DNA of 63,164 nt, filler included, from Choristocarpus tenellus KU-1152 (GCA_964200185.2; 13 parts of 13 records of this genome joined end to end with filler, not necessarily neighbours in it), one strand, 5' to 3'. Counted from the first letter of the whole stretch, positions 1 to 13,900 are shown. Numbers and translations are program-made. The notes: a model not told the origin generated them from the sequence alone.

Positions 1-308
1 GATGTCCAATTGATGCATGACCTACCATCACTACTGGCTTGGAACGTCCTGCCAGAAACGCTTGTAGAGTCCAAGTACTGACAAGTATTGACCTGAGGTG
101 TACCTTTTCTTTGGAAGAGAGATCTAAGTATTTCATACTACTAAGCACAGAGCACTCAGCATTAGCACACCACCACGTTTGCTTTACATCAACCTCGCCC
201 CCAGAAGGAATCCCATTGTGCACAAGCCCACAACAAGAAGCGTATTGCCTGCTTCCAAGGGAACCAACCAAGAGTAATATTGGTGGAGGAGTTGTCCTGA
301 GAGGACTC

Positions 309-1013
309 CTAGGTAGGAAGGGAGTTGTCCGCGGAAGTAAATGACCACTGTTTCGGAACCCCACCCACACTATGGAAACCGTAACTGCCTTGACTTCGAA
401 ACTCCACCACAATCCTAAATTTGATCGTTTTGGTCACTCTAAGGCCGGGGGCTTCTTCACCACTTTGACGATGACTACATTTGCTGTATACAGACATTTC
501 ATGCCCCCCTTCGATCGACAAAGATTACATGTTATATATACTTCGAAGTACATATTTGTAGGGCAAATCGTATTACACACTGTTCCTGAAGTCTGTAAAT
601 AATACCAATTTTTGATTTTCTCCTCTTACACGCCATTTTCCCACGGACCATATATAACACATACTGATATCTCATGAGTATATATGTTTTGGTGAGGAAG
701 AGTACCTCAGTTCCACAGTGTATCATAATGTATGAACAAGACCAATAGTGTTGCCTTTCAGTCCCCTCGAGTTGGATGTAAACAAAAAAACGTAGAATGT
801 GCGTGCTTGGTTGGGAATTGAAAGAGTCGGACCTTCTATATTGCACCTATTATACGTTACATACCCAAATATTGAAATTTCTGTATTGGAGTTGTGCTTG
901 AGATGATTTCCCAGAGGAAAGATGGTGTGGCAAGCGTATATATCATACCCAGAAGGAGGTAATGTTCTTGTTTGAGTGAAGTGTGAAATAAACCGTACTG
1001 AGCAAATGGCCAT
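309..1013 (-). pseudogene. Possible decayed Ty1/copia integrase remnant
   Basis: One minus frame read through stops gives GLVHTL*...YIW...LFTDFRNSV*...YVLRSI...GHEMSVY...QSGEE, loosely matching the order of copia integrase motifs (LVHxD, Y.W, LRSD, GIxHE, QNG.AER). Catalytic residues are not intact. Confidence 0.25.
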
Positions 1014-2955
1014 GGGGTGTTGTCTTGGACATCATATTTCATAGGGTAAAGGAGCTCTAGTATTTGCCGAACAATCACATTAGAGAGAAAATGGTGATGA
1101 CTCTTGTCCTGACAACAGACTTTAGGTTTGATTTCAATTCGTGCTAGACCATGGACACGTCGTAGAGCAAATGGGCCCAGACCATCATATTATGAAAAAC
1201 GGGTCCTTTAGAGCAACTGATCTTGCAATGTTGTCTTAGATAATGGCCAGAATGGGCAGTTCATGCAACTATGAAAACGTCAATATGGAAACTCTCACTA
1301 TTTGTCTATCATATTTTACCTATTACTATTGTAATATACAAACTGAGAACTTGGAATGGAGCTCTATATCGTCAATTGAAAACGTATTCGGTACCACTGT
1401 TCAGTAGCCCTTGAAATGACCGTTGCCTAAGCCACGACACACCCATATACCCTCTCTCCTCTCCCTGTGGACCCACTCCAATGTACAGGTGGATGGCTGG
1501 GTGCAATACAAGCCATCTAGAGCTGCAAGAAAGGAAGAACAAGCATCTCTTCAGCAGTGATGCAGTCTTATGGGCTGGCCACAAGTGTCAGCAAAAAAGT
1601 TGTATCAGCAAGGTCTAGAAGGGTGAAAAAGAGAGGAGAATTCATCATTGCTGGTGGATGTGAACATCAGACTAGTGAAGAAATCAGTAACAAAAATATG
1701 TAGTATAGGGGAAGTGATGAGAATCTTTTGGGAAGCTGGTAGCCCATAGGGAGACATAGTCCATCTATATATATAAAAGGAAGAAACACATTACCTGAGG
1801 AAGAGGTATTTCACAGTACCGTGTGCGTTCAGTGGTTTCATCTCTGATCACACACGCACAAACATACACAAACACACACACGCGCAACAGAAGGGATGGT
1901 TGGCTCGCTCCCTCAGCATCTAGAAGGCATGGAACACAAGCAAAATCCGATCAAAGAGACCCCTATCCCTTCACCAATTCATATGCACGGTTTGATGTCT
2001 CAATTGGGTAGAGCTCTAGACATTCATACTGTCAACATCATCACCTGGTGGGTTAAAATAGCCAGTTTATATGACATGCTGTCCGGCAGGATGCAGAGCC
2101 CTGCCTGAACGCGGAAGAGGTGCAGTAGCTCCCTCTGCATATCGATGAAGAAGTGAGTGGGACGTCAAGTCTTAATCACCATCATGGTTTACGCGAAATA
2201 TCATCGGCACAAGAGCCAGTTCATATGGACAAGGTGATGGATTTTGGGCTGAACGTTCACAGGGACACAATTGTTGGCCCTCTGGGGATATCCACACCTC
2301 ACTTGGTGTAGTGGTACTTAGTTGACTCACCATGATTTGACAGGATTCAGATAAATCTTCGAGCAAACTCACACTACTCATATGGGTATGTAACAGGAAC
2401 TCCACTTTATGACAGCGCTAATTCTGACACAAATCACATCCTACGTAGACGAGAATGACCCTATTGCATGCAATCCTGTACTATGATGTGTAGAGGAATA
2501 TATTGACATAGTACTCGCACAGTATACAGCCACCTTCATAAACCCCAATGATGTCCTACACACTACATAGTATAGGGCAGGGTGCTGGGCAAAATTTAAT
2601 ACAGTAATGCAAATGTCGATGGGAAATATAGCAATAGCACTAGTATACCATCAATATGATCTCGAAACCCTGGTAGAGCACCTTGCCATGCACAACTGAC
2701 AGAGTGGACGACAAAGTTGAAATTCGGGGACAGAGAAATCAACCATTTGGCAACAGCTCCAGAACGCCCAATCTCTCTGGACTTTGATTGCAATGTGCTC
2801 AGGTACACAGGCAGTTGCCGCGAGTCGCCAATGGTACACACATCAGTAGGGCGGTGTGTAATACCTGTGCCCAGCGCTTCTGATTGCCTCCGCTTGCCAC
2901 TTGTTGAATGTGCTAAATATCCTACATTACAGCTAGAGTTGAGAAGAAATTGAAC

Positions 2956-3212
2956 GAGTGAAAGTATCTTGGAGGATATGAGATTTTCCCTGTTTGACCA
3001 TTTGACACTTGACTTCCCATGGGTTTCGATGACATTTTACCTACTCCAAAATATTTCGGAGTAGGGAAAATATATACGTTATGAAAAGGTGTGTCCGGGA
3101 CAAGGACATTGACATCTCCTAACAAACATGATAGCCAAAATTACATCAGAATGGCAACATCGGATTTTGTCCCCAAATGGACGCGGCTCTACCCTCTAAG
3201 ATACTTTGGCTC
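2956..3212 (+). mobile_element. MITE family A (~258 bp), full copy
   Basis: TIRs GAGTGAAAGTATCTTGGAGG...CCTCTAAGATACTTTGGCTC; interior shared with other copies in the window; no TSD recognisable. Confidence 0.9.
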
Positions 3213-3321
3213 AATAAATAATCGCTACACAAGAGCTGAAGGGATAAGACAATGCACTTCAGAGATGGTTGGCTCGTGTCTCAAGTTTGGGAGTTGTTTA
3301 GTGGCTGATGGGCTGGCAAGT

Positions 3322-3508
3322 GACTCAAAGTATCCGCGGGGGTTGTCGTCTGTCCATTTGGGGCCAATTATTTTATGTCGCTATTTCTGGGCGATTTGGT
3401 TGCATACGTCGATTGGATAAATGTAAGTGCACGTTTCCTGGTTATAGGCCAAGTGGACGCCCTGGTGCAGACCCTCCCGTCCATCCCCCCTCCAAGATAG
3501 TTTGGTTC
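3322..3508 (+). mobile_element. MITE family B (~180 bp), full copy
   Basis: GACTCAAAGTATC...GATAGTTTGGTTC flanked by 4-bp TSD AAGT (3318-3321 and 3509-3512). Confidence 0.9.
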
Positions 3509-3633
3509 AAGTATTAACATATGTATTCTTATTCCTCGCTATAATCTGCCCAATTTTCGAGTACTGCAGTTCGTTATATGAACACAAGAGTCAAAGTAGT
3601 GAAAGGTTGGGTCGAGTTGACACAAGTTTCATA

Positions 3634-3830
3634 GAGTCAAAGTATCTTAGAGTGTAGAGCCGCGTCCGTTTGGAGGTCAAAGTCCAATGTTGCGATATGG
3701 ATGTATTTCTTGCTATCGTGTTAGTTAGGAAGTGTCAATATCCATGTTCCAGACACACCTTTTCATAACATTAACACTTGACCTACTCCAAAATGTTTCA
3801 AAGTAGGTCAAAAATAATACAAGAATCCCT
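3634..3830 (-). mobile_element. MITE family A, truncated copy
   Basis: Starts GAGTCAAAGTATCTTAGAG and follows the family A consensus past the internal hairpin; second TIR missing; right boundary approximate. Confidence 0.8.
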
Positions 3831-5313
3831 TGTACAGAAGACTTTGTTTGAAGTTTCACCTTAAGGGTGTTCGTTGCGTGAGGCCCTTTACACCCAAAAA
3901 CATGCAATATTTTGATAAACATCATGGTGATGGCCTCATCAGTAACAGAAACGAAAATACATTCATAACGACACCTCAAGACAACCCTCACCTCAGCAAA
4001 CTCTCGTGCACCCTCCCCGCTGGAAGTCGAAGGTACATCTCGTGATCCGCATGGCTCACTTCACAGCTTCCTGCAGTCAGAAGACAAGGCCAAACTCTCC
4101 CCTGCTTCCCAGCTTGCTGGTGTGGCATCCTCACCCGTACGCCCACTGAGGGAAGAAACTGCCACACCTGCGTTATCTGTCTCATCAGGCTGCCTACCAT
4201 ATTCCGGGAATATCGGCAAGGATTGTCCTCCTGCCGGTGTGGCCAGTGTGCTCAGGGTAACTCCCAGAGTCCAGATGTCGACAGGTGTGCCGCATGCAAT
4301 CTCGGCTCTTGAACCAAGCACACGAGATACCTGCATTATTTTTGTGTTGTCCAACATATCTCACAGGGATGGGCTCCTTCTGCGAAAGTATTCATCATGC
4401 TGCTCCTCTAATACTTCCTAGTTTCATTTCCAGTTCATTGTAGGTTTACACTCCTTCCCATAAGTAGCTCATTATGAAGTACATGGTTGGAAGTTGTAGT
4501 CACTTGCAACACAACGCAACTCTGACAAAGGGAGATACAGCACTACTTCATACCCTCCTACGCACGTGAATACTGAAATACACATATAATGGACTTTGTT
4601 CCTCTTGTTGTCAAGAATATAGGCAGTGTGTAAGTAAGGTGGTATGGTTTTGTTATATTTGTGAAGGAAGATATTAATACGGACCAATTCCCAATGTCGT
4701 CAATGCAAGGTTGTAGCTGACTGACGGAAATGTGGTGCCTCTTCACCACCGTCCCATGTGCTGCATTCCCTCATGCTAAGTACTAAACCTAAGACCTATT
4801 CTGGCGGGTAGTGGTGATGAACTTCATAATGAACTTCCTGTGGAGCATTCTTTGGTGCTAAAATACTGTTCTTGAATTTTTGCACAGGCAAGGATTTTGA
4901 TTGTGGTTCTTCCGGATATGCTCTTGCGAGGTCGGAGGGGTATCCAACAACTTACATGTTGTATAGTGATCTGAAGAAGAAGTTCAGGCCGTGCCCCAGG
5001 AGAGTTAGGAAAACATGAGATGCAGGATGAGGTCAACCATGATCCCTTGATCATTTTCCTTCCAAAAATACGTACTTTGATCTCGGACAAATGGCAGACA
5101 AATGCCATATCACATTAAATTGCTCGTAACTAGCATGGTTGTTTGGCTGCCTAGGAATGGCGCTATGATTCGCAGAAGGTCGAAAAAAGGTCACAACTCT
5201 GTGTGGGGTTCTCAATCACCACAGGGATACACATACATATATTATGCCATGTTATGACAATTAAAATCAAAATCACAGAGTATGTGAAGGATCCTCTGCC
5301 GAATCTCACCATG

Positions 5314-5413
5314 NNNNNNNNNNNNNNNNNNNNNNNNNNNNNNNNNNNNNNNNNNNNTTAATTAATTAANNNNNNNNNNNNNNNNNNNNNNNNNNNNNNN
5401 NNNNNNNNNNNNN
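5314..5413. other. Artificial contig-joining linker (N44-TTAATTAATTAA-N44), about 12 copies in the window
   Basis: The same ~100-bp six-frame-stop spacer also starts at about 10513, 15718, 19230, 28771, 36469, 42531, 45377, 48662, 51266, 55155 and 60492. Confidence 0.98.
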
Positions 5414-5752
5414 TACCCTTCGTGATGTCCAAGAAGAGGTAGATGAAATGTTCACAGGGGGGGGTGGGCTATCATCAGGTTTTAGAGGTCTGGAACCAAC
5501 AGTCCTGGGAGAAGTTCGCCTGTTGGAGGAGATAGCCAGGTGCGCATGACTATGTTGCGGTGGGTTTATGTAAGAAAATAGTCAATCGTGGTAGGGTATG
5601 TGAGAAGAGGGGAGGACCTTAACGAGTGGAGAAGGGTAAGGTGACGGGTGATTTGGCGAACCTGACAAGGAACAACCTCAACCTTCTTCATAACCGCTTA
5701 ATCTCGAGGGCGTTCATACCACCGAGGTGTTCTTGAGACACATAACTTTCAG

Positions 5753-8018
5753 TATCGACGATGCACTCCTCATGAATTCCTTATCCAGCCTCAAAGAGCA
5801 GCTAGGATCGGCTAATGCACAACTTGAGTTGGCTCGAAGTGGCGACACTGAAAACGGCAGCAAGAAGCGCCATCGCCAGGATTCCGGCAAGTCTCCCGGG
5901 TCTTCCTCCCCCTTCAACAGGTCTGCATGTAATTTTCGCCGCTGTGTTGCTTATTGCATTTCCGGTCAAGGGCTGGGTCCTAACTACGGGCGTCCAGTCC
6001 ATTACCTCGCAATGTGGAGCCTCATTATGGATGTATTGATGCAGAACCACCTACCCAAAATGCATCGTAATCCGTTAGCTTTGAAAGAACTGCAGGATTT
6101 ATGTTCTTTTTCCCCACCCCCCGTCAAATTGTGTACGGCTACTGTGACGGAACCATCCTGATATTTTTGGACAGTGATAGTGCAGTCGATATTTCCCTGC
6201 ACCCACTAAGCCTCAAGGTGGACCTCCTTCAATCCCAGCTGGAGGAGGAAAGAGTTGCACGACAGTTAGAGGCCCAGCGGCACAAGATAGCAATGGGGGA
6301 GGCAGAGAGGACTAAGGGGAAACTACAACGCCAAGTGAGTTAGGACTTCTCCGTCCCCTTATCCAGCCCACTTCTCATTTCTCAACACACATGATGACCT
6401 CTCCCCGCAATGCCCCCACTAAGCGACTTGGCTCTCGCTGTGGATTCTTAATAGCCCCCCCCAGCAGATTGTTTGATTTTCTTACAGGGACATGTATGAC
6501 AACTATCATACTAACACTTCAGGTTGTAAGTGAAGTTTTTAAGAGTTAAGCATTTTCGCTTTTTCCCAGGGAGGTGTGTGGCAGCATATTTGGCAACATA
6601 TTTAACTTGCGTCTTTTGTTTGCTGTGGTCTAATTGATGCAGCTTTTGAGGGGGTTTCCACTCACTATCAGGGGCTCCAACTATTCATGCTTCTGGTCAT
6701 GGAGACAAAATCATTTGTGAGTAGTACTATGTTTTTTGGTTTGTGGTTGTGTGTGCGTCAGGGGTTAAAAGATGCAACTGTTCTTTGGGGGGGGCACCCA
6801 CTAAATTCGAAAATTTCCCCTCTCTGCCGAGCAAGTAATCAGAGGTCAGCAAGGTGGTATGTGGTATAATGTTGCAACATTTCCACTATGAGTACACTAC
6901 ATGGTTTGTAATTTGATGTTTTCTGTAAATATTTTTTTTGGAAGTTATACAATACCACTGACTAAACTGATACCCTAGTAAAATCACTGGCGTGTTTATG
7001 TGTGTATGTTCATGTGTGTATTGTAGAACTGTGCTGTATAGGATGTGAGTCTCCAATCATAATGTTGGGTAGGATACTGTCAAGTGTTGCATGCACAACG
7101 GTGAGGTGGGTTGAGTGTACGGCAGATGAACTTCCAATATATATACAGTGTGTGTGTAACAAGCAGCATATAGCAGCAAAAGAAGTGCTTGTGGCACAGT
7201 GTGCTGTCTGTGGGTGGAAGCTGAGTTTTGAAGAAAATATTATAACTTTCGGGATGCCTTGGATAGATTATGTTCTTTACTATTTACTTTGCTTGCTGCA
7301 TTCAGGGGTAGTCCATTCAACTCATGACTTGAGATGAGCAATCACTCTGCATTGCTGTAGCAACAAGAAGTGACAACTCCTCATTGATGGTTTTTTGTGT
7401 GCCCATTGGGAGGGTAAATTGTCCAGTCCATAAAGCCATTACGGGTATGTGTTTTGTGTGTCATGTTTTTTGTTCTTGTGGAGGATCGTCTTGCCAAACT
7501 CCCATACCATGACAGCCACTCTGAAACTGCCGTGCCTTGCTCTAGAAATCAGTGTGTGTGTGTGTTTGTTTGTTTGTCTGTTAGTGTATACGAGTGGCAA
7601 GTTCCCCAAAAGAGCATGACAGGCACCACTCAAACAGTGTTGCAACACCTCCTTTTCTACTCACCAGCTGCAGTATCCTTTATATATATATATATATAAA
7701 TTTTAATTTTACGTAACCAAGGTGCTACTGACTTCACTGCGTCACAGCGTAAAAATAAATAAAACAACAATAATAACAATAATAATAATAGAATATTGAA
7801 AGTAGTAACAACCAGGGCTTGTTCTCGATTCGTGTATAGGTGAAGTTTCTGGCCGAGGAAGAGGAGGAGGCAAGGAAGGAATTGGAGCGGAAGCAGGAAA
7901 TGTTTCTGGCAGAGCAGTCGCGGCTTGAGGAGTCCCTCAAGGAGGAGAAGCTTGCAACAGCACAGGCAGGAGAAGAGGCCAAGCAGCACGGGCAGAGAGA
8001 CTGTGACAAACTGGAGAG
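5753..8018 (+). CDS. Internal exons of an unknown coiled-coil protein (5753-5920, 6211-6334, 7840-8018)
   Basis: AG/GT-bounded, phase-compatible exons encoding E/K/Q/R-rich helices (IDDALLMNSLSSLKEQLGSANAQLELAR; VDLLQSQLEEERVARQLEAQ; VKFLAEEEEEARKELERKQE). Confidence 0.65.
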
Positions 8019-9117
8019 GTGTAGTATAATCGCGCTGTGGGTGGGAAAGGAAAAAGTGTTTTTCTAAAGTTTTTATTAAATGGAAAAAAATAAAAAATAT
8101 TTTTTTTTTGTATTGCATTTTTACTTGCTAAATATAAAAATACTTTTTATCTGGTACTGTTATCATGCAGAGCCGGGATTGCTCTGTGGGTGGGACATGC
8201 TGTGGTTGCTCTCCGTCACGTGTACTCACACATTTTTTTATTATTTTGTGGTGGGAGTTCAGGTGGAGAGGGTGGCGTATGTGTGCCCACTGCTGCACTG
8301 TTTGGAATGTATACATTGCCTTTGCTAGTACATTTTTTGGGGTTTATTTTGGTTGAAGTACGGTAGTGTGTAGTAGTCCTTGTGTGTGTGTGTGTGTTTG
8401 TGTGTGTGGTGTAGTGATTCAAGTGAGAGGTTTTCATTGGTTGGATTACAAGACCAATTGTAAAATGTTTGCGACTCTTGTGGGATTTGCTGCGAAAATG
8501 TGTAAGCAATCCGACACATACTGTCAAGATTTTCTTCTGTGTGTTTCATACTGTTTTGAGCTGACTAATACGTAAGAAAGGTGTTGAAGCTGGTGGTGTT
8601 GTGTACGCGGCTGTCAAGAATATTGATACGTCTTTTTTGTCGGTAGGTGAAAATGGGGGGGAGAGATGAGGGCTTGGGGTAAGGGGGACGAAGGCTTGCT
8701 TTGCTTGACGTTCTGATTTCCATCCGGCTTAGTATTAGGCAGAGGGGGCGGCGGGGGGAGGGGGGGGTGCAATGAGATCACACCTTGGAAAAATCAATTT
8801 CCAACAAGGCAATGGCCGTTCCTGTCATAGGTCGGAGTTATGCATGTCGATGCACGTCCTCACTAATCAAAGCAAAGATTTAGGAGTAAACTCTTTTATT
8901 TTTTGGGGTCCAAATCGTTTGAACTCGTTGATTTTTTTTTTTAAGAGTGGTGTGGGACAAGTGTTCTGACGATATGATTAGATGATGTACAAATCAACAA
9001 ACTGTGATTTGTACAACATGGGCTCACAACCGCAGTGGGATTGAAATCAATATTATTTCTACCGGGGAACTGTTTACCTATCTCTCACACATGGGAGATC
9101 AATAGGTATAAGTAGTT

Positions 9118-9546
9118 TACATAATTTGTAGATAGGGGAGTGGTACAACAACAAATATATGTATATAATTTGTAGATAGGGGAGTGGTACAACAAATATA
9201 TGTACATAATTTGGAGAATTGGAAGTGGTACAACAACAAATATATGTACATAATTTGGAGATAGGGGAGTGGCACAACAAATATGTGTGTACATAATTTG
9301 GAGATAGTGGAGTGGCACAACAAATATGTGTACATAATTTGGAGATGGTGGAGTGGCACAACAAATATGTGTGTACATAATTTGGAGATAGGGAAGTGGT
9401 ATAACAACAAATATATGTACATAATTTGGAGATAGTGGAGTGGGACAACAAATATGTGTGTACATAATTTGGAGATAGGGGAGTGGCACAACAAATATGT
9501 GTGTACATAATTTGGAGATAAGGGAAGTGGTACGACAAATATTTGT
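9118..9546. repeat. Minisatellite, 10 copies of a 41-44 bp unit
   Basis: Consensus TACATAATTTGGAGATAGGGGAGTGGCACAACAAATATGTGTG; length variation comes from CAA and TG slippage. Confidence 0.95.
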
Positions 9547-9903
9547 ATATGTTTTTTTAGGGAGGAGTGATGTTACTGATATGAAAAATACAACCAGTGA
9601 CCAGCGACGTACCAAGTAATATACTGGTACGTGTTTTCAACTTTAAAAAGTCAAGTGAGGAACCCCAACACGTCACGCTGCAGGTATCGTGTTACCCAGG
9701 ACCCTGCTGGGACTTGCTCAACATGTTAGTTCGGAAGGGGGAATGATATTTTTTTAGGAGAAGAACAAAGGGAATGAAGTACTGTATGTAATTGCAGCAG
9801 TAGCAACCTGTAAGATTCGTGCGCGATTGTTCTTTTTCCTTGTCGAGTTACGTCAATGCAGGACTTCTCGCAATTGTTCTTTTTCCTACTGAATCGCGAC
9901 CCC

Positions 9904-10018
9904 AAGACTTGTACACAGTTTGTTCTAAGACTTGTACACAGTTTGTTCTAAGACTTGTACACAGTTTGTTCTAAGACTTGTACACAGTTTGTTCTAAGAC
10001 TTGTACACAGTTTGTTCT
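9904..10018. repeat. Perfect tandem repeat, 5 x 23 bp
   Basis: AAGACTTGTACACAGTTTGTTCT repeated five times with no spacers. Confidence 0.97.
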
Positions 10019-10632
10019 TTCCCGTTAAATAACAATGTTACATTTCTGCGTGATGATGAAGTAGGGACCGATTGACGATGCACTACTTTGTCCTCTCTAC
10101 TTGGAGGGACGAATCATCTTCACATGTTGTTGATAAAATGGTGAGTGATATCTACAAATCGTGTGTACTTGTACTTGGTAACCGACAATGCTATATCAAC
10201 AACTTATCGAGAGTTGCACAGCATTCCTCAACGGTGGATTGTATAGTCGGTGCATGATTTGTGGTGCAATGAATCTCGTCGGAAATGTTTTTTTAAGTCC
10301 TTGGCCGCTCCTTCAACCTCTTCGTACAATTTTTTTTTTCACATTTTTGTCATCGTCCACTAACTCATCAAGCAAGAACGACTTGCTTCATGATAGTGGA
10401 CTGGCTTTTGTCAATTTGTTGAGTTTTAGGTTTTCCATTCCTGACAGGCGTATGTATGCATGTGATGTAATTTGTGGGAAGATGTGAGCCCTCGGTGTAG
10501 CGATTCCCCCCCNNNNNNNNNNNNNNNNNNNNNNNNNNNNNNNNNNNNNNNNNNNNTTAATTAATTAANNNNNNNNNNNNNNNNNNNNNNNNNNNNNNNN
10601 NNNNNNNNNNNNGTACATCCGAATACCAACAA

Positions 10633-10803
10633 GAAGTGGGGGGGGGGGGGGGGATCTGCACCAGTTTGACCATTTAGGTCAAAACCAGGAAACGTGCACT
10701 TACATTATACATCGGACGATGCAACCAAATCACCCAAAAATTGCAAGAAGAAAAAATTGGCCCCAAATTGACATCCGCCACCCCCTCCCAGATACTCTGA
10801 GCC
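10633..10803 (-). mobile_element. MITE family B, reverse copy with one degraded end
   Basis: Ends CCCAGATACTCTGAGCC; interior is the reverse complement of the family B consensus; left boundary approximate. Confidence 0.8.
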
Positions 10804-10913
10804 ATCGTGGAGGGTATCTTCTGAATGAGGCTAAGGTGGAAAGCAGATAAGTATTCCCTTGTAGCATCTTCCAAATGACTTTAAAGACTAGAAGTCAAGG
10901 AAGTTTTTATCAC

Positions 10914-13900
10914 CTTTGGTCGCTTAATCTTCTTACGGAAGATCTTGAGGAGAGTATCATGGAAAACAGTGACGTCTGGTACCAGATCATTAAATTTTGT
11001 CATCACCTCCTCCTCCTTCTCCTGCCAGATCTGCATGCAGTCGACCAGAAAATTGGATTTTGGTAAAGGCAAGAACTTGACTTGATGTATTTCACTCTAT
11101 CAGACAGAGATAGGGTGGACAGAGACAGAGACCCAGTGCACACACTGGGTCTCTAAAACCATAACCATAACATTCTCATAACCATACCTGCAAGCTTCCA
11201 CACACTAGAAATAACTGTTTTAGAGATTGGAGACCATCTCTACTCTGTGCATCTGATATTAGGACAAGCAGGCGCTCAATATGTGCGATGATAATCTTAT
11301 GTGGGTGCAGAGGAAGAATTGGATAATAAAATAGCGATATAGAGATGTAAACATTCTGTTTGCCAGAGAGGGGTGCACACATTAACACACAATGCAGCTC
11401 CGACCTCGTTGTCGTGTTTATTAGGAAGTGCCAATATCCATGTTCCGGATACACCTTTTCATAATTTGCACATTTTACCTACTCCGCAACATTTTGGAGT
11501 AAGAAAATGTCATTAAAAAAACCTGTTGAAGCCAAGTCCCAAATGGACAAACAGGGCAAAACTCCTACCCTCTAAGATGCTTTCACTCAGAGGTTTGCGC
11601 TGAGTGCTAAGAGCCCTTGCAGAGATGGTGCAAAACTTTGTGTAGGAGAAACCTAGTCGGCCAGTACTATATCACCACACCAGGACGATAATAGGTAAGA
11701 GCTAGCAATAACAATGTACTTCAAAGTCTGCACTTCAGCCTAGCTTAAAGAAAACAATCAACTAGAATCCACACATCTATAGCAAGTGGGAAAGATAAGA
11801 GAGGAAAGTACTCCAGGCGCGACCCATGGTGAAATTGTAGGGTAAATCGGTCCTGAATGAGGTTTCTGGGAATTATAGAGAGGCAACAAGAGTCATGGTA
11901 GAGTATATTTCATCCCCACCTCGGCTTCTGCCTGTTTTGCGCCAAGCTTGCTCTGGCAAACGTTGATGGAAGTTACGACCTCTTTCTTTTCAGCGCTCTT
12001 CTTCTCTTGCTTCTCGGCCAAGCCGGCATCCTTGGCATCAAATTGATGAAGAAGATCGAGTTCCTTCGCTCAATGAAAGAGAGATGGAGGGAGAATAAGT
12101 TTTTGCAAGAGATACCTGCTTGGCAGAGTGAAGGTTATGAGACTTCATCATATTTCAATCAAACTTGTTGTCATTAGCAAGATATTGATGAGGCTTTTAG
12201 CAACTGGTGAGTGAAAGTATCTTAGAGGGTACCAATTTTGTCCTGTTTGCCCATGTGGGGCTTGGCTTCCCATGGGTTTTTATTGATATTTTACCTACTT
12301 CAAAATGTTTCGTAGTAGGTAAAATGTATACGTTATGAAAAAGAGTGTCCAGACAAGGATATTGACATCTCCTAACAAACATGATAGTCAAAATTACACC
12401 AAAATTGCGACATTGGATTTTGGTCTCCAAACGGACGCGGCTGTACCCTCTAAGATACTTTAGTTCTGGTGTCTTTGACAAAAAGCTATGAATACGGCAG
12501 CAAATTCTCAGAGTGGTTCCCCAGTGCGCCCTGAGTGGAGTGTGCCCAGGAATTCAACAACTTCACCTTCATGTATAGGCTTACACGACATTAAGGACGC
12601 TGCCTGGTTGGCCCCTTGAAGAATAATCTATTGAGATAATCTTCTCCCACAACTGTTGATGGCCACTGTAGCGATGAGATAATCTCATCCTTACGCAGGA
12701 GACACATGGTGCTTGGGACTCTGTCTCTGTGCTGCACCACAAAAAAATGAAACATTTCCTTATAATTGCTATAATGTTAAGGAGATTCGTTTCTATACAA
12801 TGAATGGATTCTAGTGACGTATTTTATGGCAATAGAATCACAGCCAGAGTATCTTAGAGGGTAGAGCCACGTCCACTTGGAGGCCAAAATCCAATGTTGT
12901 GATTTCGATGTAATTTTGACTATCTTGTTTCCTGAGAAGTGTCAATATTCTTGTTCGGGACACACCTTTTCATGACATACACATTTTACCTACTGCACAA
13001 ACATTTTGGAGTAGGAAAATGTCAAAAAAATGTCCATGGGAAGCCAAGCCCCAAATGGACAAACAGGGCAAAACTCGTACCCTCTAAGATACTTTCACAC
13101 ATCACCTCATCCATCTAGACTTATCAATGGAAATACCAGACCAACACCATCACATGTACTTCTCCATCTCGTGTAATTCAGCTCTGTGATACAAGTGGTA
13201 GTTAGTGCACATACTAATAATCATACATGAGTGAAAGTATCTTAGAGGGTACGAGTTTTTCCTTGTTTGTCCATTTGGGGCTTGTCTTCCCATTGGTTCT
13301 ATTATGACATTCTTCTAATCCAAAATGTTTAGGAGTAGGTAAAGTGTGTATGTTGTGAAAAGGTGTGTCCAAAACATAGATATTGACACTTCCTAACAAA
13401 AACAACAGCCAAAATTACATTAAAATTGCAACATTGGATTTTGGTTCCCAAATGGACACGGCTCTACCCCCTAAGATACTTTGGCTCACATTGTTGTCAC
13501 TTCCAACACAACCACCTATCATTGCCCACTTCAAATTCTCCTGCATCTCCGGGGGATACCTCACACTCCAGCACACTTGCATGCACTTGGCACCCTCCAT
13601 TTTTGAGGGATTGTCTTCTTAACTGAAGCATTCGTAGCTACGTTGGCATCTGAAATCGTGGACTCAAAACACCACATGTGGTATTATTCCCCTACATGCA
13701 CTCAACAAACAGGATCTCCCATAAAAAAACTACACACCTGCTTCAAGACTAGCAACTTCAGCTCGGCTGCCTTCAGGTTGGTAGCAGTGAGCATGCGCTC
13801 CCTGCGTAGGTCATACACTGCCTCATCAAAAGCAAGGACATTCTCAGCTGTTTTTTCTAGCAGGGCTCTCCTCTCATGCCGGAGCAACATATGCCTCGCT

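Noticed and set aside
4245-4306. Kinase-like motif CGTPVDIWTLGVTL on the minus strand
   Set aside because: No HRD, DFG or APE motifs and no convincing exon boundaries nearby; probably chance or an unrecognisable relic.
5314-5413. Recurrent TTAATTAATTAA palindrome
   Set aside because: Always embedded in Ns with a fixed layout; an artificial linker. ORFs containing X runs that cross it are artefacts.
9074-9615. Three overlapping 125-176 aa ORFs
   Set aside because: They arise from a stop-free strand of a minisatellite with non-triplet unit lengths.
9904-10018. CRISPR-like 23-bp repeats (also the 28-mers at 29831)
   Set aside because: Units are directly adjacent with no unique spacers, there are no cas genes, and the context is eukaryotic.
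13229-13487. Assigning the asymmetric MITEs to Transib/ProtoRAG
   Set aside because: Termini are not CAC-type heptamers and TSDs are 4 bp rather than 5 bp; only the spacing logic is similar.
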